DNA of 64,000 bases from a virus. Location: IMG/VR virus record IMGVR_UViG_3300046010_008569, positions 6,143-70,142 of that record; one strand, given 5' to 3'. Each line of letters opens with the position of its first letter. The stretch's first letter is position 1. Made by a program: the position numbers and the translations under genes. The notes beneath the pieces are model-generated. The model had not been told where the DNA came from. It was given only the letters and a program-made list of their open reading frames with translations, and searched no databases. This document shows positions 37,572 to 44,744 of the stretch, in pieces.

Positions 37572-37774
37572 TAGTCATCCGCTTTGCCGTATATGCGGCT
37601 TTGCAAAAGGCGGCATCGGTTCGTGGAATGGGCAGCAATGCAAGTGCGGCCACTATGAGCCGCCAATCCAAATGATTGACTGAATTTCCACTGCCTTTGA
37701 GCGTTGCGGTGAGAGCTAGGCTTCGGCCTAGCTCAATCCCCAGCGGTCACGCTGGGCTATGAAAGGGTCTCTAA

Positions 37775-38029
37775 ATGATTAAACGACCAAGAATGTATGA
37801 GGGTTTGCCTATCGACGCGAGAGCGTCGATTGACGCGGCCTTTGAAGACCTTACCAAAGGTTTGCGAGGAATGAATTACGGCACAGACAACTGCGACCAC
37901 GCTGAACACCTGATCGACGCTATGACGGAGTATTTCCTGTATTCCAACCCGGCGTTTCGATCTGTAGTCTACGCAGCCGCTTGCCACTACGAGGCAACCG
38001 GCGAATACGCGGAGGGCTGCGGAGGATGA
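37775..38029 (+). CDS. Early hypothetical protein
   Basis: AGGGTCT start. Confidence 0.7.
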   Translation: MIKRPRMYEGLPIDARASIDAAFEDLTKGLRGMNYGTDNCDHAEHLIDAMTEYFLYSNPAFRSVVYAAACHYEATGEYAEGCGG

Positions 38030-38361
38030 GGATCGGCGTTGACACTGTACGCATCAAAGCGGTGCTGGCTCCGGAGGGGCCAGCGTCGCTATCCATAGGC
38101 CGCGGTCGCGTGGCAGAGCGAGGCCCTCAAGGCCTCACCCTCAAGCTGCATGACAAGCCGATCTTCAGGTACGATGGTAAAAGCATCGTGCTCGATCTGT
38201 GCGGCATGTGGACCCCCTCGACCACCAAAGCTATGCGCGAGTATGGTGATGCTGTCGGGGTGGCGATCAAACCATCGCTGGCCAAGGGGCGGTTTACCGC
38301 AAGCTACCGCGGCACTGTCCACGAGGCTAACTTCAACAACACAATAAGGATTGAAATATGA
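38026..38361 (+). CDS. Early hypothetical protein
   Basis: ATGA coupling. Confidence 0.6.
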   Translation: MRIGVDTVRIKAVLAPEGPASLSIGRGRVAERGPQGLTLKLHDKPIFRYDGKSIVLDLCGMWTPSTTKAMREYGDAVGVAIKPSLAKGRFTASYRGTVHEANFNNTIRIEI

Positions 38362-38582
38362 CTCAAGTCATAGAAGAAATCGGAGACAATCACGAAGCCA
38401 CTGACCTCTCCGCCACGCTGCTTAAGTTGATTGAAACAGCGAAGGCGGCGAGCGAGGACGATCCATTCCCGGTCATTTACGTCGAGGATAGAGATGGAAC
38501 GCGCTTCACAACGGCTAAACTCGTGAAGCGAGAACTTTCAGACGGCTCTCACGTATTCGATATCATACTGAGCGACGAATAG
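38358..38582 (+). CDS. Early hypothetical protein
   Basis: FPVIYVE...AKLVKRELSDGS..FDI. Confidence 0.7.
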   Translation: MTQVIEEIGDNHEATDLSATLLKLIETAKAASEDDPFPVIYVEDRDGTRFTTAKLVKRELSDGSHVFDIILSDE

Positions 38583-38604
38583 GGGATCACGCCACGCTAA
38601 GATT

Positions 38605-38643
38605 AAGGGCGGTCAGGAGAAATCCTGCCGCCCTTTTTCTTTG
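38605..38643 (+). terminator. Terminator ending the early operon (between convergent units)
   Basis: AAGGGCGG-CAGGA/TCCTG-CCGCCCTT followed by a T tract. Confidence 0.8.
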
Positions 38644-38644
38644 C

Positions 38645-38842
38645 CTATTCTTTTTGTTGCCTGTTGTCGAAATAACCGAAACCCCAGGGTGGAAGAGGTT
38701 CTTCCTTCAGGAACTCTTCTTCATAGACCTCGATGGGGATCAATTCAAACTCAGGGGGATCGCCACGAAGCCTTGCGGCTTTCTCTTCCTCCAGGCGCTT
38801 AAGGCCGGCGTTGATGGCTTCTGCGTCGTCTGCTAGTTTCAT
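38645..38842 (-). CDS. Hypothetical protein
   Basis: Last of the coupled minus-strand ORFs. Confidence 0.55.
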   Translation of the reverse strand: MKLADDAEAINAGLKRLEEEKAARLRGDPPEFELIPIEVYEEEFLKEEPLPPWGFGYFDNRQQKE

Positions 38843-39084
38843 TAGATTAACTCTCGTTTTGGCGCCGGCAGGGCTAGCCTTGCGGCTGCCGCTGGCGGCT
38901 GGGGGTCGGGCTCTTTCTGGACAACTCCGAACTTCAAAAGCCTCAGTTCTGTGAAAGCTGTCAACAGGGTGTTGATCTGCTCATTCGGCTCCTGGCCTTT
39001 GTACCAGGTGTAGCCGCATTCCTTAGCGATCCGCTCAATCGAATCCACTATTTCGCGCTGGCTTGTGCTGTCGATCTTCTTCAC
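38842..39084 (-). CDS. Hypothetical protein
   Basis: Coupled ORF. Confidence 0.55.
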   Translation of the reverse strand: MKKIDSTSQREIVDSIERIAKECGYTWYKGQEPNEQINTLLTAFTELRLLKFGVVQKEPDPQPPAAAARLALPAPKRELI

Positions 39085-39356
39085 TTAGTCACCCCGATCT
39101 TGTCTGGGATATCAGCTGGCGCCCTCGCCTCGATATCCCTTGCCCAGCCTCTAAGCCATTCCACTAGCTCATGCCTGTTGGCCTCTTTGAGGCCAGTGAC
39201 ATTGAACTTAATCCGAAGGCCAGAGTCCGGAGGCTCTGGATGGAACATCTGATAACCATAGGGCATCAGAGAAACCTCTGGATGGCTGTGATGAAAGCGC
39301 CGCGTAATCGCGCTAGGGCGCGCGTAGAAGAAGCCTTTGGCTTCGTATAGAGCCAA
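39081..39356 (-). CDS. Hypothetical protein
   Basis: Start uncertain, possibly MPYGYQ. Confidence 0.45.
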   Translation of the reverse strand: MALYEAKGFFYARPSAITRRFHHSHPEVSLMPYGYQMFHPEPPDSGLRIKFNVTGLKEANRHELVEWLRGWARDIEARAPADIPDKIGVTK

Positions 39357-40030
39357 GCGCGCAAACGGACCAGTGTGGCTCCCCAGGCGTACTTGATGTC
39401 CTGGGCTATTGACGTGTCCAATTTCGATGGCTGCACCAGCGGCGCAACCACGTCACCCTGAGGGGTTGGATATGTGATTGTCCAGACTCCGTATGGGTCT
39501 GAGCCTCGTGGCTCGACCTCAATGGGATACAACACCTCAGGAAACTCGATGTCTCCGTGGTTGTAGTCCAGCTGAGGTGTGCATGGCTGCTCCTCTAGCC
39601 TATACCCTGTTGTGGTGAAAGGAAACTCACCCTCTCCCGTCTCACTAAACGGAACGAAACGCTTCACTCGACCGCGGGCAAGTTCTTTGACGCGGTTGCC
39701 TTCAGCATCCATCAGAACGAGATTACTCGGCCTATCATTCAAGGAGTCATCATCCTCATGATCAATCTGGTAGCCATCGGGGATGGCTTTCTGGTTGTGC
39801 AGGACCCAAGCCGCTCGATTTGCATATACACGCCGGCCCTTAACCCAGAGGCGCTTCCTGGTGGAGGACTTCTTGCTGGGTGAAAGGAACGTGGCTGAGC
39901 GCCAGACAGGAGGCTCTGTCGGGCGACCTCGACGGTCTCGGCTGGTCTCTATGTCTCCAGTATCGTAGTTGATCCGGAATAGACCGGACTCAAGAACGAA
40001 CTGGAGAGCCTCACTGTCTCGTGTTTTCAT
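39266..40030 (-). CDS. HNH endonuclease
   Basis: IPDGYQIDHEDDDSLNDRPSNL.L.....N. Confidence 0.75.
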   Translation of the reverse strand: MKTRDSEALQFVLESGLFRINYDTGDIETSRDRRGRPTEPPVWRSATFLSPSKKSSTRKRLWVKGRRVYANRAAWVLHNQKAIPDGYQIDHEDDDSLNDRPSNLVLMDAEGNRVKELARGRVKRFVPFSETGEGEFPFTTTGYRLEEQPCTPQLDYNHGDIEFPEVLYPIEVEPRGSDPYGVWTITYPTPQGDVVAPLVQPSKLDTSIAQDIKYAWGATLVRLRAWLYTKPKASSTRALARLRGAFITAIQRFL

Positions 40031-40724
40031 AAAAGTCCCTCAAAATGTACTCAGAATAAGCTGGAGGTATGCCTTGCGACATCTCGGCTAGAGAGAGGCC
40101 TTCCCCATAGACGCCCATTGCCAAGGCTGCGGCATAGGACTGCGTCTCTACACAGGGCCATTTAGTACCACGGCCACCTACAGATGCCGACCTAATCCTG
40201 GCATGTGAGCCGTAAACTCCAATCACTGGATGATTCAAGTTGCCGGACTCTGGCTGTTTCATCTCCCAGGAGGTCTCAAAAAAGCGACGACGCTCAAGTC
40301 TAAACCACTGACTCGATCCGCCTATCGTGAGACTGACACCAAGGTCGAACATTGAGCCGTCGAGAGCGATGGGATTTATCAAATGCTCACTGGCGCCTTC
40401 GACATTTTCAATCGTGTACGGTAGCCCAATTAGTTGCAGTAATTCCCTGGTTTGTGGGATGAGGTTCTCGTGCTGTTTTGCATTCGGGGCGTGCTTCAAC
40501 TCAGTGCCGAATTGGCATGGAGGCGAAGCCCAAACGAAGTTGAAAGAACTGCGAGCCCAAGCGATGAACTTACTATCGTCTCGCAGCGCTGGAACGTCCG
40601 CATTCAAGCAGATGCCCGGGAATCTTTTCTGCGGCCGGTTGTCAACGCCAATGATCTTAGCTCCAGCGCGGATCATTCCGCGCGTGGCCAAGCCGGCTCC
40701 GCAGTAAAACTCCAGGACGTTCAT
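40011..40724 (-). CDS. DNA cytosine-5 methyltransferase
   Basis: Motif I LEFYCGAG, motif IV ASPPCQ, motif VI IENV, R.R.F. Confidence 0.85.
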   Translation of the reverse strand: MNVLEFYCGAGLATRGMIRAGAKIIGVDNRPQKRFPGICLNADVPALRDDSKFIAWARSSFNFVWASPPCQFGTELKHAPNAKQHENLIPQTRELLQLIGLPYTIENVEGASEHLINPIALDGSMFDLGVSLTIGGSSQWFRLERRRFFETSWEMKQPESGNLNHPVIGVYGSHARIRSASVGGRGTKWPCVETQSYAAALAMGVYGEGLSLAEMSQGIPPAYSEYILRDFYENTRQ

Positions 40725-41011
40725 TACTCGCCATCGACCTCTTCGCCGGTTTCTTCCTTAATGCTGGCGTAACCAATCACGTCGCAAATCTGCTCGATGA
40801 AGTCATAGGCGTTGCCGATGACATGATCCATCTGGTAGATCGTTTCTGGGCTCGAGATTTGATTATCCAAGATGAACTGCTCACACACTGCGAATAGTTG
40901 CTTTCTGGTTTGAGCATTGCTCATGTCAGTTGCTCGCGCTAATACTCCGCGCCGCGAATAGAGTTCGCGGAAGAGGTCTTCATTGGTCTTTTGCATTGAT
41001 AGGATTTCCAA
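40724..41011 (-). CDS. Hypothetical protein
   Basis: FI.DN.I..PETIYQ.D.VI.NAYDFIE motif. Confidence 0.6.
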   Translation of the reverse strand: MEILSMQKTNEDLFRELYSRRGVLARATDMSNAQTRKQLFAVCEQFILDNQISSPETIYQMDHVIGNAYDFIEQICDVIGYASIKEETGEEVDGE

Positions 41012-41409
41012 TCCGGAATGAAGACAGGAATGTTAGCTGCTTCGCAGCGAGAAACGCAATCTTTTGTTCCTGCGCCACCCGGGAAAGCAATCGCGAAGTT
41101 GGGACCGAAATCCACCATCTCTTGATTGCGCCGCGGGCCGGCGCTCTTACCATAACGATCCCAGTCAGCCTTGAACTTCTTCACGATCATCATGTTGCGT
41201 TTAGCCCAAGCATCGGCAACCTTATCGGCGCCGGTCGGGCAGTCTCCATGAATGATCTTGATCGGCATGGGTTCTCCGCTAGCGTCGAACCCGGCAATGC
41301 CGGTGAGGATGTCGCAAATGAAATTCCGCTCCGGCTTGACCACAACGAGCTTTCCGTCGCGCATGTAGCATCCAAAGTCTCTACCGCCAGTGACCAGGCA
41401 CCACGTCAT
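40939..41409 (-). CDS. YspA/SLOG (DUF2493-like) protein
   Basis: LVTGGRDF, IIHGDCPTGAD, ADW..YGKSAGP.RN..M, AFPGG.GT; start re-assigned to 41409. Confidence 0.85.
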   Translation of the reverse strand: MTWCLVTGGRDFGCYMRDGKLVVVKPERNFICDILTGIAGFDASGEPMPIKIIHGDCPTGADKVADAWAKRNMMIVKKFKADWDRYGKSAGPRRNQEMVDFGPNFAIAFPGGAGTKDCVSRCEAANIPVFIPDWKSYQCKRPMKTSSANSIRGAEY

Positions 41410-41410
41410 T

Positions 41411-41590
41411 TCACTGACACAGCCGATCAACCCAATGACGCAAACGCGGGATGAAATCGTCGGCCATCTCGACAATAGAATGGCCAGCCTTGGCTATGCG
41501 CAAGGCCTCCTCGATGTTGTCGAGATCGACAGCGAGGTCTAGTTGCTCTTCATAAGCCAGCGGGCTGTACTGAAGCTTATCATCATACAT
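41411..41590 (-). CDS. 59-aa hypothetical protein
   Basis: Fills the gap exactly; not in the track. Confidence 0.55.
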   Translation of the reverse strand: MYDDKLQYSPLAYEEQLDLAVDLDNIEEALRIAKAGHSIVEMADDFIPRLRHWVDRLCQ

Positions 41591-41591
41591 C

Positions 41592-41969
41592 TTAAATCCC
41601 CAATCCTAGTCTATTCATTCTTGCCAGGATGATCGCCCGAGCCGAAGCCCGGGCGTCATCGCCATCGCAATCTGCGATACCTTTTTGCACGGTCGTCCTG
41701 GAGGTCTCAAAGAACTTGGCGATGTCCCGCTGGGACATGCCATAGCGATCATTGAGCAGCTTCCACAGCGCATCCCTGTAGGGGCGAGCCCTATCGGTAC
41801 TCGCGCCATTCCGGAGGCGGTGTGGAGGCACTCCAGCAAACATTGCTATGCTCTCAACGACCGCGTCAAGTTCGTCGTCCGTCAAGAGGGGCAGGCGCTC
41901 TGGTAATTCTGTCGTGGTGCGCTGCCTCCGATACGGTTCTAAGATCGAGCTCAGCCCATTCTCCGTCAT
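41592..41969 (-). CDS. HTH protein, DnaA C-terminal domain-like
   Basis: R...W.LL....MSQRDIAKFF.TSRTTV..G. Confidence 0.55.
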   Translation of the reverse strand: MTENGLSSILEPYRRQRTTTELPERLPLLTDDELDAVVESIAMFAGVPPHRLRNGASTDRARPYRDALWKLLNDRYGMSQRDIAKFFETSRTTVQKGIADCDGDDARASARAIILARMNRLGLGI

Positions 41970-42393
41970 GATTCACTCCAACAAGGAATGCTGGCCAACC
42001 GAAAGATTTGCAGGCAATAGCAACCCCCTCCATAGCCGAGGCTCCAGCCATCATGGCGCCGATAGCGATATCAGCAGCGCCCCCCACTGCGTAGTGGTCC
42101 GCTTTGATGCGGGAGGGTTCAGGTCCTGAATAGTCACAGATCGTCCCGTCGCGCTCAATCACGATGGCTCCTTCGACTTTATCCTCGCCAGTGAAAACTT
42201 CCGGTGCTTTGCCGCGGCGTCCTTTCTCTGCCCATTTCAAGAATAACGAACATGCACTTGCGTCGCCGGCTGCGCCTGCGATGGTCCCGTTCTTTGCTCG
42301 GACGATCTTAGCCTCTCGACCTACAATCATCCGGCCGACAAAGATGAGGTCATCTGCCCAGCACCAGCCGTCTTTGTACGCAATGATCGTCAC
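41866..42393 (-). CDS. HslV/proteasome-beta-like Ntn peptidase homologue
   Basis: GTG start with GGAGG RBS gives M-T-I-I-A; GAAGD; AVGG....A.GAM.AGASA.E.V.IA. Confidence 0.6.
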   Translation of the reverse strand: MTIIAYKDGWCWADDLIFVGRMIVGREAKIVRAKNGTIAGAAGDASACSLFLKWAEKGRRGKAPEVFTGEDKVEGAIVIERDGTICDYSGPEPSRIKADHYAVGGAADIAIGAMMAGASAMEGVAIACKSFGWPAFLVGVNHDGEWAELDLRTVSEAAHHDRITRAPAPLDGRRT

Positions 42394-42410
42394 TCGGTAT
42401 TCCTCCAACC

Positions 42411-42674
42411 TTACAGGTCTCTGGAGCCGCGCTTTGGCTTGGTGTCGGCAGCCTTAGCCACCGCAACACCAAGGCTGGTTAGGAAACCAGCCGAAACCAA
42501 ATCTCCCCATTTCCAGTACCTGCCTCCATGGTGGAGAATGATGCTCTTGGCATCGAAGATTCCAGAGCAGCGGTATCCCCACCGATCACCGTTATCTAGG
42601 GCTGCCTTCAGGTGTCTACGAGCGTCCTCGGAGAGGTTTTCGTAGAGGGCGGCAACTGGAGGAGCTTCAGCCAC
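42411..42674 (-). CDS. Hypothetical protein
   Basis: Fits the operon. Confidence 0.5.
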   Translation of the reverse strand: MAEAPPVAALYENLSEDARRHLKAALDNGDRWGYRCSGIFDAKSIILHHGGRYWKWGDLVSAGFLTSLGVAVAKAADTKPKRGSRDL

Positions 42675-42677
42675 GAA

Positions 42678-42971
42678 TCATTCCTTAAGGTCATACTTGA
42701 CATGGGCTTGAACCGACTTGGCGCCCTGTGATATCAGGTTTGTAACCTGGATTACGTCCAGCGGTATCCGCTGGTGTTGCTCTACCCCATCGACCTTGTA
42801 GCTGATCGCCATGAAGAACCCGTCCGCGTAGGACAAGCTGGGGGAGAAGTCAGTGTCAAACGTCACCTCAGGTAGTCGAGGTGATGTAGTCTTCGATTGT
42901 AATCTGGAGACCATGTCCTCTCTGACCGAGGAGACGCGCGGCGATAGCAAGTATTCGTTCTTCTGGTTCAT
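42678..42971 (-). CDS. Hypothetical protein
   Basis: Fits the operon. Confidence 0.55.
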   Translation of the reverse strand: MNQKNEYLLSPRVSSVREDMVSRLQSKTTSPRLPEVTFDTDFSPSLSYADGFFMAISYKVDGVEQHQRIPLDVIQVTNLISQGAKSVQAHVKYDLKE

Positions 42972-43018
42972 TCTCGATTAACTTTCCCCAACTTGCGTAC
43001 TTCTTGCCCAGGCTGATG

Positions 43019-43768
43019 TTAAGCTGCGAAAGCTTCAGCTTCTCCTTCCGAAGTCTTCTTTTGATTTCCATGCGGAGGTCTCCGGATGATATTTTCCAGG
43101 CAGTCTTTGCACCAAGGAATGCTGGTATGAAGACCTCCAGTAACTGCTTCGCCGCAAAAAAAGAAGGGGGCATCTTCGCTGGGTGTGTAGCGACACATGC
43201 TTGGTGTGAGGTCATCGAACGCCACCCGCCCCTTGGCCAATAGCTCGGGCGTGCGTGGGGGAAGACCCTCTGGCTCTCCTGGTCCGATGCGGTTGCTACC
43301 CATGAAGCCGTAGCTCACCTTGCCGCGGCCGGAGGCGCCTCTTGGGCCATAGTTCTTGCCGGACTTGAGGGCGTCGAACTCCCTCGATATCAAACCAGAC
43401 TCTCGAGCCCGGTCGATGACGCCATTGACGACCTTGCGATTGGATGGCCAGCCGGCTTTCGTGACCTCATCAGCGAGCTCTTGCTGGTTGATCTCCTGAC
43501 CAGCTGCGATCTTCGCATTGATCCGGTCGATGATGAATTGATTACGCTCAGCGTTCTTTGTGTTGACGTAGCGAAAGTCCTCAAGGCCGAAACCTTCAAG
43601 CCGCATGATGCGTCGAAGCGCTTTATCAGATAAACCGACCTCAACTTCAATGTCCCACCAGGACATCTTCTCCACATTTCTTCGGTTATTCAAGTGCACA
43701 GCAAGCTCTCGTCTTGTCATGTGCTTGAACTTGCCTTTGAGATACTGGCCCCTTACCTCACTTACCAT
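43019..43768 (-). CDS. gcrA: GcrA-like transcription regulator
   Basis: C-terminal DLT..MCRY......FFFCG........WC..C typical of GcrA; N-terminal HTH segments. Confidence 0.7.
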   Translation of the reverse strand: MVSEVRGQYLKGKFKHMTRRELAVHLNNRRNVEKMSWWDIEVEVGLSDKALRRIMRLEGFGLEDFRYVNTKNAERNQFIIDRINAKIAAGQEINQQELADEVTKAGWPSNRKVVNGVIDRARESGLISREFDALKSGKNYGPRGASGRGKVSYGFMGSNRIGPGEPEGLPPRTPELLAKGRVAFDDLTPSMCRYTPSEDAPFFFCGEAVTGGLHTSIPWCKDCLENIIRRPPHGNQKKTSEGEAEAFAA

Positions 43769-43795
43769 CCTGTAATCCTTTCGTAGGTAATAAAC

Positions 43796-44179
43796 ATGCT
43801 TATCCCAATCTCAGGCAAGCCCGGCGATCTCGACACGTCGAATATCAAGTCTGCCTCGGACGCTGATCGCGTCCTCATGTGGCTCGCTGCGGTGCTCAAA
43901 GACATGAACACCCAGGTCGAGGAGCGCGGTGGCTCCGACCAGGACTGGCTCCGTAAGATCAGGGCAGCCCAGCGGGCAACCACAAACCTCCGTCATCGCG
44001 TCCTGGAGCTCCGTGATGGGTTCTTCGACAAGATGACTATCCATGAGGCCCTCGTCACGGCGATGGTCTCAGTGCTCGAGCCAGAGGACCTGGCTCAGGT
44101 GTCTATCTGGATTGAAAAGAACTCCCCCCATCTGTCCGGTATCGACTTCACTTGCTTGGCCACAGATCGCCAAGGGTAG
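43796..44179 (+). CDS. Hypothetical protein, lone plus-strand gene
   Basis: AGGT RBS; protein-like composition. Confidence 0.55.
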   Translation: MLIPISGKPGDLDTSNIKSASDADRVLMWLAAVLKDMNTQVEERGGSDQDWLRKIRAAQRATTNLRHRVLELRDGFFDKMTIHEALVTAMVSVLEPEDLAQVSIWIEKNSPHLSGIDFTCLATDRQG

Positions 44180-44516
44180 GTGGTTGCCAGTGGTTTTCTT
44201 TTCGATTGACTGGCTGGCTTTCCTGCGGCTCTTCTGGGACAGAACCATCGTCCCAAATCTCATCACCCTTCAGGCCGTTGCAGGTAAAACAGGACGGCCG
44301 AAGGTTTCTTAGTTCGTTTGATCCGCCCTTGGCTATCGGGATGTAGTGATCGACGGTGAACATATTTGCTGGCGGATTTGAGTTCATCTCGCCATTGCTG
44401 ATCACTGTCTCGCACCCACACCACCAGCAGTTCTGGCCGTACCAAGTGATGACGGAGTCTCGCTGCTTCGCTCCGGTCTTACGTTTCGCCATTTTCGTCA
44501 GCGAAGTAAGGGCCAT
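44148..44516 (-). CDS. HNH endonuclease
   Basis: CWWCG...TVDHYIP..KGGSN...NL..SC..CN..K. Confidence 0.85.
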   Translation of the reverse strand: MALTSLTKMAKRKTGAKQRDSVITWYGQNCWWCGCETVISNGEMNSNPPANMFTVDHYIPIAKGGSNELRNLRPSCFTCNGLKGDEIWDDGSVPEEPQESQPVNRKENHWQPPTLGDLWPSK

Positions 44517-44721
44517 CCTTGGCGCCGATGAATGTCATGCGCCAGCCTGCATCGACAGCGCCGTTGGCGATGTCTTGGATTAGATCGGCGGTCAGCTTCA
44601 ACCAATACTCTTGATTGCGATCTTCTTCCCACTGAAGGGTCGCCTTGTGGTCTCGAAAGTGAATCCGCTTAGCCGCGGCAAGGATCACATCATCACGCCA
44701 ACTCATGTTCGCTCCGCTCAC
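44479..44721 (-). CDS. Hypothetical protein
   Basis: Fits the operon. Confidence 0.55.
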   Translation of the reverse strand: MSGANMSWRDDVILAAAKRIHFRDHKATLQWEEDRNQEYWLKLTADLIQDIANGAVDAGWRMTFIGAKDGPYFADENGET

Positions 44722-44744
44722 ATACGAAAGCCTTCGGCTTTCTT

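Larger units (their letters stand above)
30748..37774 (+). repeat. 15 dispersed structured intergenic elements (3 sequence families), each ending in AGGGTCT
   Basis: Starts near 30748, 31213, 31725, 32012, 32324, 32911, 33193, 33498, 34244, 34670, 35358, 36318, 36804, 37267 and 37698; covarying stems. Confidence 0.9.

Noticed and set aside
30748-37774. CRISPR array interpretation of the repeated elements
   Set aside because: The repeats are non-identical, separated by whole genes, and there is no cas operon; the Cas4-like exonuclease sits in a recombination module.
30748-37774. Classical integron attC sites
   Set aside because: There are no RYYYAAC/GTTRRRY boxes; G-U pairs and UUCG/GNRA loops favour sense-strand RNA; the recombinase is 15 kb away and I see no IntI-specific insertion.
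30748-37774. SECIS or stop-codon readthrough signals (hairpin after TGA, tandem GA pairs)
   Set aside because: Stop-to-next-start distances (76, 77, 78, 79, 80, 84 nt) keep no common frame, and some stops are TAA or TAG.
30748-37774. Elements as simple intrinsic terminators or promoters
   Set aside because: There are no U tracts after the hairpins and no -35/-10 pairs within the elements.
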